Positions 35,855 to 45,167 of a stretch of DNA of 64,000 nt are shown one piece after another. How positions within the stretch are numbered: the first letter of the stretch is position 1; the number at the start of each line of letters is the position of its first letter. The position numbers and the translations under genes are program-made. The notes under the pieces were generated by a model. The model made no database searches. It saw nothing but the letters and a program-made list of their open reading frames with translations, and was not told the DNA's origin. Origin of the DNA: Candidatus Bathyarchaeota archaeon (lineage in GTDB: Archaea; Thermoproteota; Bathyarchaeia; Bathyarchaeales; DTEX01); the NCBI GenBank assembly GCA_963714275.1, contig CAVQNT010000002.1, positions 192,001 to 256,000 of the forward strand. The letters run 5' to 3'.

Positions 35855-36672
35855 TTATCGGTTCTCTTTGAGGAATTCTTCGACATCTTTATGCTGCTTC
35901 AGTTTGCTGGCGAGTGTAGGCCTAGGCTTCTCTTCAGCAGGCTCAACTCCGTAGTCGTGCTGATACTTCACTAGTTGGACTGACGTAACCGGCGCCCAGC
36001 CTGTCATAGCAAAGTATTCGGGATATTTCTGCTTCAACTTCAGCTTGGCTCTGACTGCTTTAGCAGGGTTGTCGCTAGACGCTTCGAGGATAAGTCTTTC
36101 GCTTCACGGTTGTGAGCATATCTTACCGCAGCCAGCGCGCTCGCTTTACCTACGGCTACAGTGCCTTTAGCAGCTAACTTAGTGCCTGCCCAAGCCGCTT
36201 TTGCACCGTACTTAGCACCAATGACTGCAGTTTTGCCTGCTAGTTTACCTACGGCTAATGCGCCGCGGCCGACTCCACGTCCCATTGCGCCAAGAACTTC
36301 ACCTAATGAATTTTCTACAGCAAGGATAGTGGTGAACCCTAGCCTTTTGAATGCTTCAGCTCTGGCGTGGCCGTTTAGAATTTGGTACTCGCCACTCGGC
36401 AGCTTATGCACCATTATAGGCGGAATAGTGTGTCCATTCTTATAGAGGTCCATAAAATACTTCACTCTCTCTTCAAAGTTGGGCTTAACGCTGTCGCTGG
36501 GGACAAGCTCGTCTATGTTGACGTCTATTATAGTCATTTTCACCACTTTGGAGGGATATCCCTGCGTGTGGGCTGTTGTTGAATGCTGACCATGTCCGCG
36601 GACGTAAGAAACGACAGGTATTCTTTCTCTGTTGTAAGCTCTAACTCTGTGTCTAATTGGACTTTTTCTCAT
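35855..36672 (-). CDS. ParB/Srx-domain protein with Arg-rich N-terminus and 11-mer amphipathic repeats (probable frameshift near 36040)
   Basis: IDELVP...IPPIMV..YQILNGHARAEA; GGAGG RBS; five G/A/K 11-mers. Confidence 0.75.
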
Positions 36673-36776
36673 GCATGTTTATCCTCCTAACAGTTGATGA
36701 TTCATAAAACTTACGGGAAGGATTATTGTGTCATCGAGCTATCCAATGAAGCCTCGGTGGTGATAGAAGGTTTGGC

Positions 36777-36975
36777 TTATTTGCCGCCGGGGAGGCCTTT
36801 GACTATGATGACTAGAACGTAGATGACGAGCAGTGATGCCATGACTCCAGTGTAGTTACCAGCTGATCTGATACAGATACACTTGGTCAAGACCGCTGAT
36901 TATGAGGACCGCGAGAATAGCGATGACGAAGCCGAGGATGGGATACAAGAACTGTCCCATTGATTTCGCTGACAT
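36777..36975 (-). CDS. Small two-TM hairpin protein, candidate spindle-virus-type capsid protein (one indel; absent from the ORF track)
   Basis: MSAKSMGQFLYPILGFVIAILAVLIISG, then after a frame change SAGNYTGVMASLLVIYVLVIIVKGLPGGK*. Confidence 0.55.
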
Positions 36976-37248
36976 GTCATTTATCACAACCTAAGGATGG
37001 TTGATATAATTTTATCTTAAGTCGCATTTAGAGATTCCTTAAGCAGCGAGAAGGCTGAAGTTTTAGTTGGACTCCGAGCACAAATTAAGCACGTGATAAA
37101 GGAAGAGGCTCGGCGTCCCCAACGACACCAGTAGGTTGAAGACTGGCAAGATAGACTACGCATACTGAATTTATAAATTTATCTCATAGAAACTTATTTA
37201 AATTAAGCCAACGTAATAAGTAATCAACAACGACAAACCCTTAGGTTG

Positions 37249-37817
37249 ATGAAAATGAACGTCTAAAATATTCTCACAAACAGAATGCGAAACTCTTTTT
37301 AAGCAGACGAATTCCATCCTCAACCCTCAGCCTCGGCTCAGACCTCACTTCTGAACAGAAAGAACAGCTAGCCTACGGCGTAGTGAATGACTTCTTCTCA
37401 AGTCCACGGTACATCATTCATCAAGAAGTTCGCACAACCCGGGAAGGACAAGGCGACCACGACTTTTACATAGCTGATAAGAGGACAAGGATTCTCTATC
37501 ACACAGAAACTCAAGACGTCAACGAAGACCACAGACTCTACAAAGAATGGGCTGACAGCCGAATTGTTGATAGATTCAGGTCACACCAAATGCAGGTGAA
37601 GAAATATGCCGCTAAGTATGGCTGCTCACGAATCGTCAACTTGATGATAAGGCCTACACTCACCTTTGCTAGCAAGGCGGTAAGAAAGTTCTTTCAGAAA
37701 GCCGTCAAAGATTATAAGATCAACATGGTCTTAACAGGCAAGCAACTGCTAGGAGAGACAGTGACGTTACCTCAGCTTGGTGCGAAGCCCTGCTTAAAGC
37801 TAACCGCGGCAAGCTAG
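37249..37817 (+). CDS. Hypothetical protein, possible PD-(D/E)XK-like nuclease (frameshifted; may extend to ~38060)
   Basis: EVRT..GDHDFYI..LYHTETQD pattern; frame open upstream of GTG 37383. Confidence 0.5.
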
Positions 37818-38076
37818 CAGGATTTAACCTAGCTACCGCGAGTTTAGTTAAAACTAGACGACTGTTGACTAAAGTCTGACGACAACGTCTGCTCTATATT
37901 AGGCTCTAGTTTCGTTAGGAATCCTGCAAAAGATGAAACTTTGTCGCCAAAACTCCCTCTTTTTTACCCGCGAGGTGTTTCTTCAGCACAGAATCCCACC
38001 TTGCTCGACGACGATTTGTGTGAATATTATTTAAGACTTATGAAGTTAACTTCAAACTAAGTAATTACTGAAATAT

Positions 38077-38607
38077 CTATTTCTTTGTGGATGTTTTTCT
38101 TTTCTCTACTCTGGATTCTGCTCTAAAGATGAGTCTATGCATATTTTCAGGTTTAAAGAAATCTGGCTCGGTCCTATAAACATACAATAATTTTGCTGAT
38201 GGTTCTATGTTCTTAATAGGAATAATCTCTCTTAACATATCTATTTGCCCCTCATCTTCAATCTTGTGTTTTTTGCTTATTTTTTCAAGATTTAATTTCA
38301 CTATCTCCTTATTTCCCACAGTGGGAATAGTCAGAGATTTAATACTATTAAAAAAGATTAATGATATTATAGTAACTATAGTTAGAAGAACTGATGCAGA
38401 TTCGGCGGGAGTCAGACTAGAGATATAAGGAGATATCATGTTCAAAAGTGTAACTAGGAAAACAAACATTAAACCCACAAAGAGTATATAGGCAAAAAAG
38501 AAAAATGAGAGATTTTGTTTTGTCAGAGATGGTTTTTTAAATTCGTCATCCACAATTTTTACAAGTTCTTCTAAAGAATACCCTATCTTCTTTGGTTCTT
38601 CGGTCAT
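38077..38607 (-). CDS. Two-TM membrane protein, AT-rich
   Basis: Two long hydrophobic segments followed by a soluble domain. Confidence 0.7.
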   Translation of the reverse strand: MTEEPKKIGYSLEELVKIVDDEFKKPSLTKQNLSFFFFAYILFVGLMFVFLVTLLNMISPYISSLTPAESASVLLTIVTIISLIFFNSIKSLTIPTVGNKEIVKLNLEKISKKHKIEDEGQIDMLREIIPIKNIEPSAKLLYVYRTEPDFFKPENMHRLIFRAESRVEKRKTSTKK

Positions 38608-38757
38608 GTCAATCACAAGAACCAATCATACCAATACTAAGCATTAACTTTTCCCTCTTTTTCTGTTTCTCTTTTTGCGGAAACTTGGAAATATTAAGGG
38701 TATTGTATGATGCTGAGAATAAATTCTTCTTCCGCTCAGTTTCTTCTGGTGATGTTG

Positions 38758-38949
38758 ATGTTTGACGAGTTGATCTCTTGGCTTACTCAGCAGTGGTTAA
38801 GTCTTCTCAAGTGGTATTCTTCCCTAGGCTTCAACGGCCACGTCATCTTTGAATTGGCTTTTCTTGCTGGTCTTATCGTGAGTCTCAGCATCCTTGCGCG
38901 CAGCATCATATCCCGGGTTAAGAAACGTATTGAGAAACCTCCCTTTTAA
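38758..38949 (+). CDS. Small single-TM protein
   Basis: GGTGA RBS; hydrophobic FELAFLAGLIVSLSIL with basic tail. Confidence 0.55.
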   Translation: MFDELISWLTQQWLSLLKWYSSLGFNGHVIFELAFLAGLIVSLSILARSIISRVKKRIEKPPF

Positions 38950-39106
38950 CCGCCTCGGCTTCAGGAATAGGAGGTTTGGCGATATCAACAGCTCCTGTTG
39001 TGCACCGCCTAGAGAGAACGACACTCTCGCCTCCTGCCTATAGAAGCCGAGGTCTCTCATCTTCCCTGCGAGCAAAAGTAATTTATAAATTCTTCTTCTG
39101 CCTAAG

Positions 39107-39514
39107 TTGCTTGGTGATATTGTGGAAGTTCTTTCTGAAGTCGTCGTGAAAGAGAATCTTGGGAATCCATCAATCCCTTCAAGCCAGCATCTTTGTCCTG
39201 TATGCGGCTCTGCTCTTGCTGGTGTGAATCATAAGAGTTGGTCGTGCTCAAATTTGCAGTGTCCTGTGACGAGGGTGGTTTTTAGCGACGATAGGGTTGC
39301 AATGTGGACTAAAATTGAGAGAAAGGGCGAGGCTTATGGGACTTATACGCGTGTAGTTTTTAACATTGGGTGTTTTAATCGTCATCATAGAGAGTGCAAA
39401 CTGTGCGGTAAGCCTTTCGTAGCAGGGGACAAAGTGACTAACCGCCACGGCAGAAACTTAAAAAGTTACGAATTATTTCACGAGCACTGCTACGAGGCTT
39501 CAATAATAAGGTAA
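39107..39514 (+). CDS. Zinc-finger protein
   Basis: CPVCG..C....C and CKLC...HEHC. Confidence 0.7.
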   Translation: MLGDIVEVLSEVVVKENLGNPSIPSSQHLCPVCGSALAGVNHKSWSCSNLQCPVTRVVFSDDRVAMWTKIERKGEAYGTYTRVVFNIGCFNRHHRECKLCGKPFVAGDKVTNRHGRNLKSYELFHEHCYEASIIR

Positions 39515-39623
39515 ATGGTAATGCTCTCAAATAAGACCGCAGGGATTCTATCATCCCTATGCTTGCTCTGCTTTCTTGGGATATGCATCATCTTATCGAA
39601 GAGAATGAAGAAGGTGCCTTAAG

Positions 39624-40223
39624 ATGTCTGAAGCTGATTTAGCCTTCTTCGGCGAGAGGATTGCCAAGAGGCCTAATCCCTCTATCTCTGCGGAAGAGGG
39701 TAAGAAAGACTTAGACTTTAAGAAGCGGTATGAAGCTAGAAGAAAGGAGAGGCTTGAAGAATTCAGAGACTGGACTTTCGATAGCTGGAAGACTAAAGGC
39801 TGGAAGCCTACAGTTGAAGGAGAGAAGATTAGTCCTATCCTCCATGCGGTGTTGATATCTGAGTTCTGCTGGGGCGTGGGTATGGTTGAGTTGGCTGATG
39901 GCCTCCGCCTATCCAGTGCCACGACCTACAACCACATTAAGAGGCATAACAAGGATGTTCAGACGGTTGGCTCTTGTCCGCTATGCATTCGTGGCATTCC
40001 CTACGCTGGCGACTTAATAGATATCTATTGTGAGGCTGAAGTCCAGCTTGGCATGCGCCTTCGAGAAGAGCTGATGATTGAGGATAAGGTGAAGGACTTA
40101 GATAGAGATGCGTCTGATGCAGTGGTTGACGAGTGGTGTGCTGCAAGGTTCGACCCGCTTGAAAAGAAGTACAGGAGTAGAACGCAGCTACTGTTTAGAC
40201 GTCCGCTTTTTAGGCATTTATGA
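39624..40223 (+). CDS. HTH-containing protein
   Basis: MVELADGLRLSSATTYNHIKRH followed by CPLC. Confidence 0.7.
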   Translation: MSEADLAFFGERIAKRPNPSISAEEGKKDLDFKKRYEARRKERLEEFRDWTFDSWKTKGWKPTVEGEKISPILHAVLISEFCWGVGMVELADGLRLSSATTYNHIKRHNKDVQTVGSCPLCIRGIPYAGDLIDIYCEAEVQLGMRLREELMIEDKVKDLDRDASDAVVDEWCAARFDPLEKKYRSRTQLLFRRPLFRHL

Positions 40224-40422
40224 CTTTATTTGCGTTTCAATGTTTAGCGAGCCTTATAACCACCACTACTAAGTACAAATTCAAAAGTTTTCTATTTTCG
40301 TTGCTGGCACTCTATGCATTACGTAGGCATATGCAAAATGATGCATAATATAGGTGACTACCATGTAAACCTTAATATAATATTATATTTATAATTCTGG
40401 GCTATGCATGGTTTTGATGGGT

Positions 40423-41031
40423 CTACTTTACTAGAGTTAGAGCCCGAGCGATGTCTTCCGCGATCATTCTGCGTTTGCTTTTTTCGATGAAGAAACTGGG
40501 ACCTGCCTGCAGATAAGACGGGAAGGCTCTTTTCCCTTGAAAGAAGTATTCTGCGCTTCGTATCTTGTACGTAGAGCCTGCAGGTATCACCCTTCCCTCG
40601 CCAGCCCTTTTGGTAATATAATTGGTGGCCTTGATCGCTACATCCCCCATTAGCATGAGCGCCTTTAGATTTGGGAACAGCTTCAATTCCTGTTCCAGAA
40701 TTCGTGAACATTCTTCGATGGTGGTTGCCTTAATCCCGTATCCAGTCTTCCCACATTTCACGGCGGTGGTGAGGTACACGCCTAGATTGAGAATATCTTG
40801 CACCGATGTAACGTGAGTGCCTGCATCGTTGAATGCTTGTACCGTGGTCCTCTGAAACAGGGGGTCGCCCTTCGCGTAATAGTAGTCGCTTGGGTTCGGT
40901 GGCGCTGCCTCAGCGATCATTGCGATGGAGACTTGTTGCGGTCTAACTTCCACGTCTGGAACGACATAGCACTGATGGTTCATGTCGCCGCATGGGAACT
41001 TGACACATCTTACGCATTCACTTACTCGCAT
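40423..41031 (-). CDS. Uracil-DNA glycosylase superfamily protein
   Basis: CVRCVKFPC, IAEAAP, YLTTAVKC, LMGDVA. Confidence 0.82.
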   Translation of the reverse strand: MRVSECVRCVKFPCGDMNHQCYVVPDVEVRPQQVSIAMIAEAAPPNPSDYYYAKGDPLFQRTTVQAFNDAGTHVTSVQDILNLGVYLTTAVKCGKTGYGIKATTIEECSRILEQELKLFPNLKALMLMGDVAIKATNYITKRAGEGRVIPAGSTYKIRSAEYFFQGKRAFPSYLQAGPSFFIEKSKRRMIAEDIARALTLVK

Positions 41032-41145
41032 TTTCTTAGCCTCCTTCGAACCTCGATCTGTGCGGATAAAACGATAAGTGGATTAAAGATGTGACTGCTT
41101 AATGTATACTTACAGCCTATTTCTATGTCTTTCGCATCATACGTT

Positions 41146-41400
41146 TTAAGGCGAACCTGAACGGGTCAGTATCCACCAGAGTAGAGACAGGATGTTGATT
41201 ATTATGAGGATTGGTGAGATTACGAAGACGAAGCCATCCCTACGGTAGACGTAAAGGAGTATCCACGGAACACTTTCCAAAGACGGCATCTTCTCAAGAA
41301 TTAAAGGCACGATGAACAATAGTGCGCCAAGAACCATCAGCACAATCCCTAGGACTTGGGGGAAAGGAAATATCTTAGGCTCCATAGCCATAGCTCCCAA
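41146..41400 (-). CDS. Small two-TM membrane protein
   Basis: Hydrophobic ORF with PWILLYVYRRDGF loop. Confidence 0.65.
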   Translation of the reverse strand: MGAMAMEPKIFPFPQVLGIVLMVLGALLFIVPLILEKMPSLESVPWILLYVYRRDGFVFVISPILIIINILSLLWWILTRSGSP

Positions 41401-41462
41401 ACCTTCTAAATAAACTTAAAACAAATAAAATACATGCCTGAAACGTAAAAAAAAAATAAAAG

Positions 41463-43901
41463 TCACAAACGGTTTAGTTTTTCACCAGTTTTTAGGAGCT
41501 TGTCAGCAGCTAGTACGCAGAATATGTAGGTTGCGCTTCCGCCTATCACGTTTTCGGACTGCTGCCACAGGAACGGAAAGTTGTCCTTCAACTCTGGAAA
41601 GTCAGGTCGTACAAGCGCAGTCCCAGACACTACGCCACCGGGAATGTATGACCAGTCCGCCCTGTTCGTGCCGTAGGCTGATGTCAAAGAGCGTGCGCTG
41701 ACGCCTGAAACAAAAGACACGTTTGAGCCTGGGTGGCAGCCAAGAACATAGTGGACCGCGGCGAACAGGTTCTCAGGATCGAACAATTCGGGATATGCTT
41801 TGTTCAGGTAATACTGTTCCATCGCGTGCTCCAGAATTTCCCACCCGATGCCCCAAACCCTTCCAAACCTACTTTCCGTGGCTGGTATATGATACGGGTT
41901 CTTCATCAACGTTTCTTCCAGATTTGATTTATATTCCTTTATTGCTTCTTTCACGTCGCCAGCGAATTTTTCGTCCTTTAACAGTGGAAGAGCCCGTGCA
42001 ACAGCCCAACCGACCCTTTCAATGTTACCAGTTATCTTGGATTTCAGCTTCAACAAACGTTGCCGATATTTATCTTCACCAGTCGTTATAAGAAGCTCCA
42101 CAGCAGCATGGATCTCCTGGGTCTCATGTTGGTAGGCATATGAGCTACGCTGGACTACAGGAGGATGGGTCTGCTCGTGCTCCCATGCTTTAATAGCAGT
42201 TTCTAAGCATTCCCTAGCCAAATCGTCTTCGTAACCACGCAGTATTCTGCTTGAGGTTGCTAATGCTGTGATGACCTTGTATTCGATGGCTGTGTCATGG
42301 TTCGTGAAAGCCCACCTGTCGTCGAGTTTGCCTGACCGTTCGCCTGAAACCTCGCCAGAAGACAATGACGGATCGTAGACCTTGTTGTCCGTTATGAGAG
42401 AGCCGTCGCCAAGATGTACATACTGGTCTATTTGTCGTTCGATGATGCCCGAAAAACTGTGCCCAGCAGCACGGTAACCCGAAAGAAGGTTTTCGACGCC
42501 GTGGGCGACCTGCTGAACAATGTCGGGAACGCCGTCCGGAGTGTGCAGCAGCACCAACCGCTCGTCTTTGTTGACTGTCGTCTGATCGGTCTTAACGTCG
42601 AATTCTTCCCCAGCCAAAGCCAAAGTGAACGTGGTCTGAGCCTGCGAACCTGCCGCGAGGTCGTAGTCTCCAGCGTCATGCCACCCACCCTTGTTTAGTC
42701 CCGGTATGTGCTGGTCTGCAGAGTACGGGGTGTCAGTTGTCGGTCCCTGCTTGTAGCCATCGAAATGCACTTGTCCAGTTGGAGCCTGCAACGCGTCGTC
42801 TAGGTGGCAAGCGCCGTGCCAAACTTGGTAGCGGTCGTAAACCTTCATGTGGCACATCTGCACGGGAAAATAGGTTTCCAAGGTCGGTTGCCAAACGTCG
42901 TTGCTGTAAACGTCTCGGGAAATTCGGAACGGAGGAGTAGACTCGGACTCAAACTTAATCACGTACACTCCGTCTTCGCGAACATGACTGAAGTCGAAAA
43001 CAGCATAATTGTAATGTAGAAACTTTCCCCATTTTTTGGGCTGAGCTGAAAACACTTTGCTTAATCCTTTTTCGGAATCAACGCGTAAAAGTGTCGCCTC
43101 CCCAAAGTCTTGTGTTCCAGCGTCAAGTTCAATCACTGCCCGTTTACTCTGAGAGGGATGATAGCCGACCTGCGAGACTGCTATGACGGGTCCACGCCGC
43201 CATTCGGGGACGCTGTTAGGCGTTATCCGCCACTGCAAAGCGCCCTTCGTCCTGTTCGGAGGCAACACGGACCTTACGACGAACCATCCGTTCTGAACCG
43301 TGTTTCGGCCATCAAGCAACGTAATCTCTCCGTTGCCGATCTGTTCGATGACCATCCTGCGTAGAGGGTTCTCAGCTGCAACCGTAAGCCTTAATCCCCT
43401 AGCCATAGGAGCTGGCTCCAGACCTCCGTCGGGCATAGTCGCCATCGGACCATTCGCCTGTCTCGGGAAGACGCTGAACGTTGAGCCCAGATTGAACGTT
43501 TTTCCGAAGTAGGCTGGAGGAAACAGTTCCAGATTGAAGCTTGCTTTGCCTACTATCTCGTTGGGAAGCGGGCGGTCGAGGTCGACGCTTACGAGGACGG
43601 AGTCGCCTTCCGACTCGACATTGATAACGAAGCCATAATTGTGTTCGGGAAAGCTAAGGGGCACTTTTATTATGCCTTTGTCAACGTCTACTTCGCGTTT
43701 TCCAGCCTTAGGCACTCTTGACCATTGGCCGGGGGCAGGTTCCAGCCTGAGGTCGCCGTTTGTAGCGACGCGTTCGCCATGCTGGATTATTTCTATTCCG
43801 CCCTGTTTGCCTTCGGGGTAGGAGTTGTGGAAGACGAGGACTGACAAGCCCTTTGCTTCGAGGTATTCGAGCTCGTTTATTTTCCATCTTGTCTCTTTCA
43901 T
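41463..43901 (-). CDS. Glycoside hydrolase family 9 with Ig-like CelD_N domain
   Basis: SQVGYHP, GGWHDAGDY, LGCHP..SFVSGV, WQQSE. Confidence 0.9.
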   Translation of the reverse strand: MKETRWKINELEYLEAKGLSVLVFHNSYPEGKQGGIEIIQHGERVATNGDLRLEPAPGQWSRVPKAGKREVDVDKGIIKVPLSFPEHNYGFVINVESEGDSVLVSVDLDRPLPNEIVGKASFNLELFPPAYFGKTFNLGSTFSVFPRQANGPMATMPDGGLEPAPMARGLRLTVAAENPLRRMVIEQIGNGEITLLDGRNTVQNGWFVVRSVLPPNRTKGALQWRITPNSVPEWRRGPVIAVSQVGYHPSQSKRAVIELDAGTQDFGEATLLRVDSEKGLSKVFSAQPKKWGKFLHYNYAVFDFSHVREDGVYVIKFESESTPPFRISRDVYSNDVWQPTLETYFPVQMCHMKVYDRYQVWHGACHLDDALQAPTGQVHFDGYKQGPTTDTPYSADQHIPGLNKGGWHDAGDYDLAAGSQAQTTFTLALAGEEFDVKTDQTTVNKDERLVLLHTPDGVPDIVQQVAHGVENLLSGYRAAGHSFSGIIERQIDQYVHLGDGSLITDNKVYDPSLSSGEVSGERSGKLDDRWAFTNHDTAIEYKVITALATSSRILRGYEDDLARECLETAIKAWEHEQTHPPVVQRSSYAYQHETQEIHAAVELLITTGEDKYRQRLLKLKSKITGNIERVGWAVARALPLLKDEKFAGDVKEAIKEYKSNLEETLMKNPYHIPATESRFGRVWGIGWEILEHAMEQYYLNKAYPELFDPENLFAAVHYVLGCHPGSNVSFVSGVSARSLTSAYGTNRADWSYIPGGVVSGTALVRPDFPELKDNFPFLWQQSENVIGGSATYIFCVLAADKLLKTGEKLNRL

Positions 43902-44044
43902 TTCCCATCAATCCATGTCTTTGTGCTGATTTTTCTTATTAAACTTGGGATACCTTCACAAAAATCCCTATGAGTCTTCGTTAGGCTTTTAAGCAGTCTA
44001 GTAGTTTATGTTTTGAATTTCGTGCATCCTATTGGTGAAAAGCA

Positions 44045-44566
44045 ATGTGCATACTAGGCAAAGATAAACTGGTTGAACTCATCGAAAAAAGCAGGTGCGT
44101 TTACCCGTTCGACATGAGCCTTCTGGATGGCGATGGCTATGTCCTCACAGTCAGGGACGAAACGACCCTTAACTACCTTGAACACAAGAACCTGATATCC
44201 AAAGAGGTCGTTTTCACCCCGCCCGACTACGTTGCCCACTTGACGGCGAAAAGCAAGTTCGGCAGAGTTGGACTGTCCTTCCTTAACGCGGCGAAGGTTC
44301 ACAGTGGCTTCGTTGGCAGACTCGCCTTGGAACTCGTTAACCTCAGCAACGAGAGGACGCCGATCACCATCAGGAAAGGCGACCCCCTGATTCACATCGA
44401 GTTCATAACACGAATCGGGAAGCCTTCGCCTTACATGGGAGAGTACCAGTTCCAGTACATGACTGACGAGGAAGTTCACATTTACGTTCCAATCTTGAAG
44501 GAAGTGTTCGCCAACTACGAGCAGCTAGCCAAAGTCTGGTTCAAAAACAAGCCCCTAAGAGAATAA
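44045..44566 (+). CDS. dcd: dCTP deaminase / dUTPase family
   Basis: AKSKFGRVG, SGFVGRLALEL.N, YQFQ. Confidence 0.8.
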   Translation: MCILGKDKLVELIEKSRCVYPFDMSLLDGDGYVLTVRDETTLNYLEHKNLISKEVVFTPPDYVAHLTAKSKFGRVGLSFLNAAKVHSGFVGRLALELVNLSNERTPITIRKGDPLIHIEFITRIGKPSPYMGEYQFQYMTDEEVHIYVPILKEVFANYEQLAKVWFKNKPLRE

Positions 44567-44639
44567 CGGAGCCAGAAAAAGGCTGGAAAACGAATGTTTT
44601 AAATATCTCTGTTTTCTGTATGCTCAGAGGAATGCAGCT

Positions 44640-45167
44640 ATGAAAGCACGTAACTACCGCGAAGTTAAGGGCGTCGCATACACTAGAACCAAGTACATTC
44701 ACGGAGCTCCCCTGTCCAAAATCGTGAAGTTCACGACGGGAGACCCTTCCAAGAAGTTTGAGTACAAGTTTATTTTGGTCGCCAATAAAAGGCTCCAGAT
44801 ACGGCACAACGCTTTAGAAGCAGCCCGAATCGCGGTGAACCGAGAACTGCAAGTGAAGCTTGGAGAAAACTTTTACATGCGTGTCTTGCCCTTGCCTCAT
44901 GTTGTGCTTCGCGAGAACAAGATGATTTTCGGAGCACATGCAGACAGGCTTCAGGACGGCATGAGGAAGTCTTTTGGTAAACCCATCGGAAGGGCAGCCC
45001 GAGTGGAGCCTGGTCAAACTTTAGTCGAGGCTTACGTTAACGAAGACGGGATTGACACCGCTAAGCTTGCTTTGAAAAGGGGAGAAGACAAGCTGCCCAC
45101 AACGTGCAGGATTGTTATGGAAAAAATTCCAAAACCAGATGTTAAGGTGAAAGAAGTTGCCAGCTGA
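44640..45167 (+). CDS. rpl10e: 50S ribosomal protein L10e (uL16)
   Basis: QIRHNALEAAR, RENKM..ADRLQDGMRKSFGKP. Confidence 0.97.
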   Translation: MKARNYREVKGVAYTRTKYIHGAPLSKIVKFTTGDPSKKFEYKFILVANKRLQIRHNALEAARIAVNRELQVKLGENFYMRVLPLPHVVLRENKMIFGAHADRLQDGMRKSFGKPIGRAARVEPGQTLVEAYVNEDGIDTAKLALKRGEDKLPTTCRIVMEKIPKPDVKVKEVAS

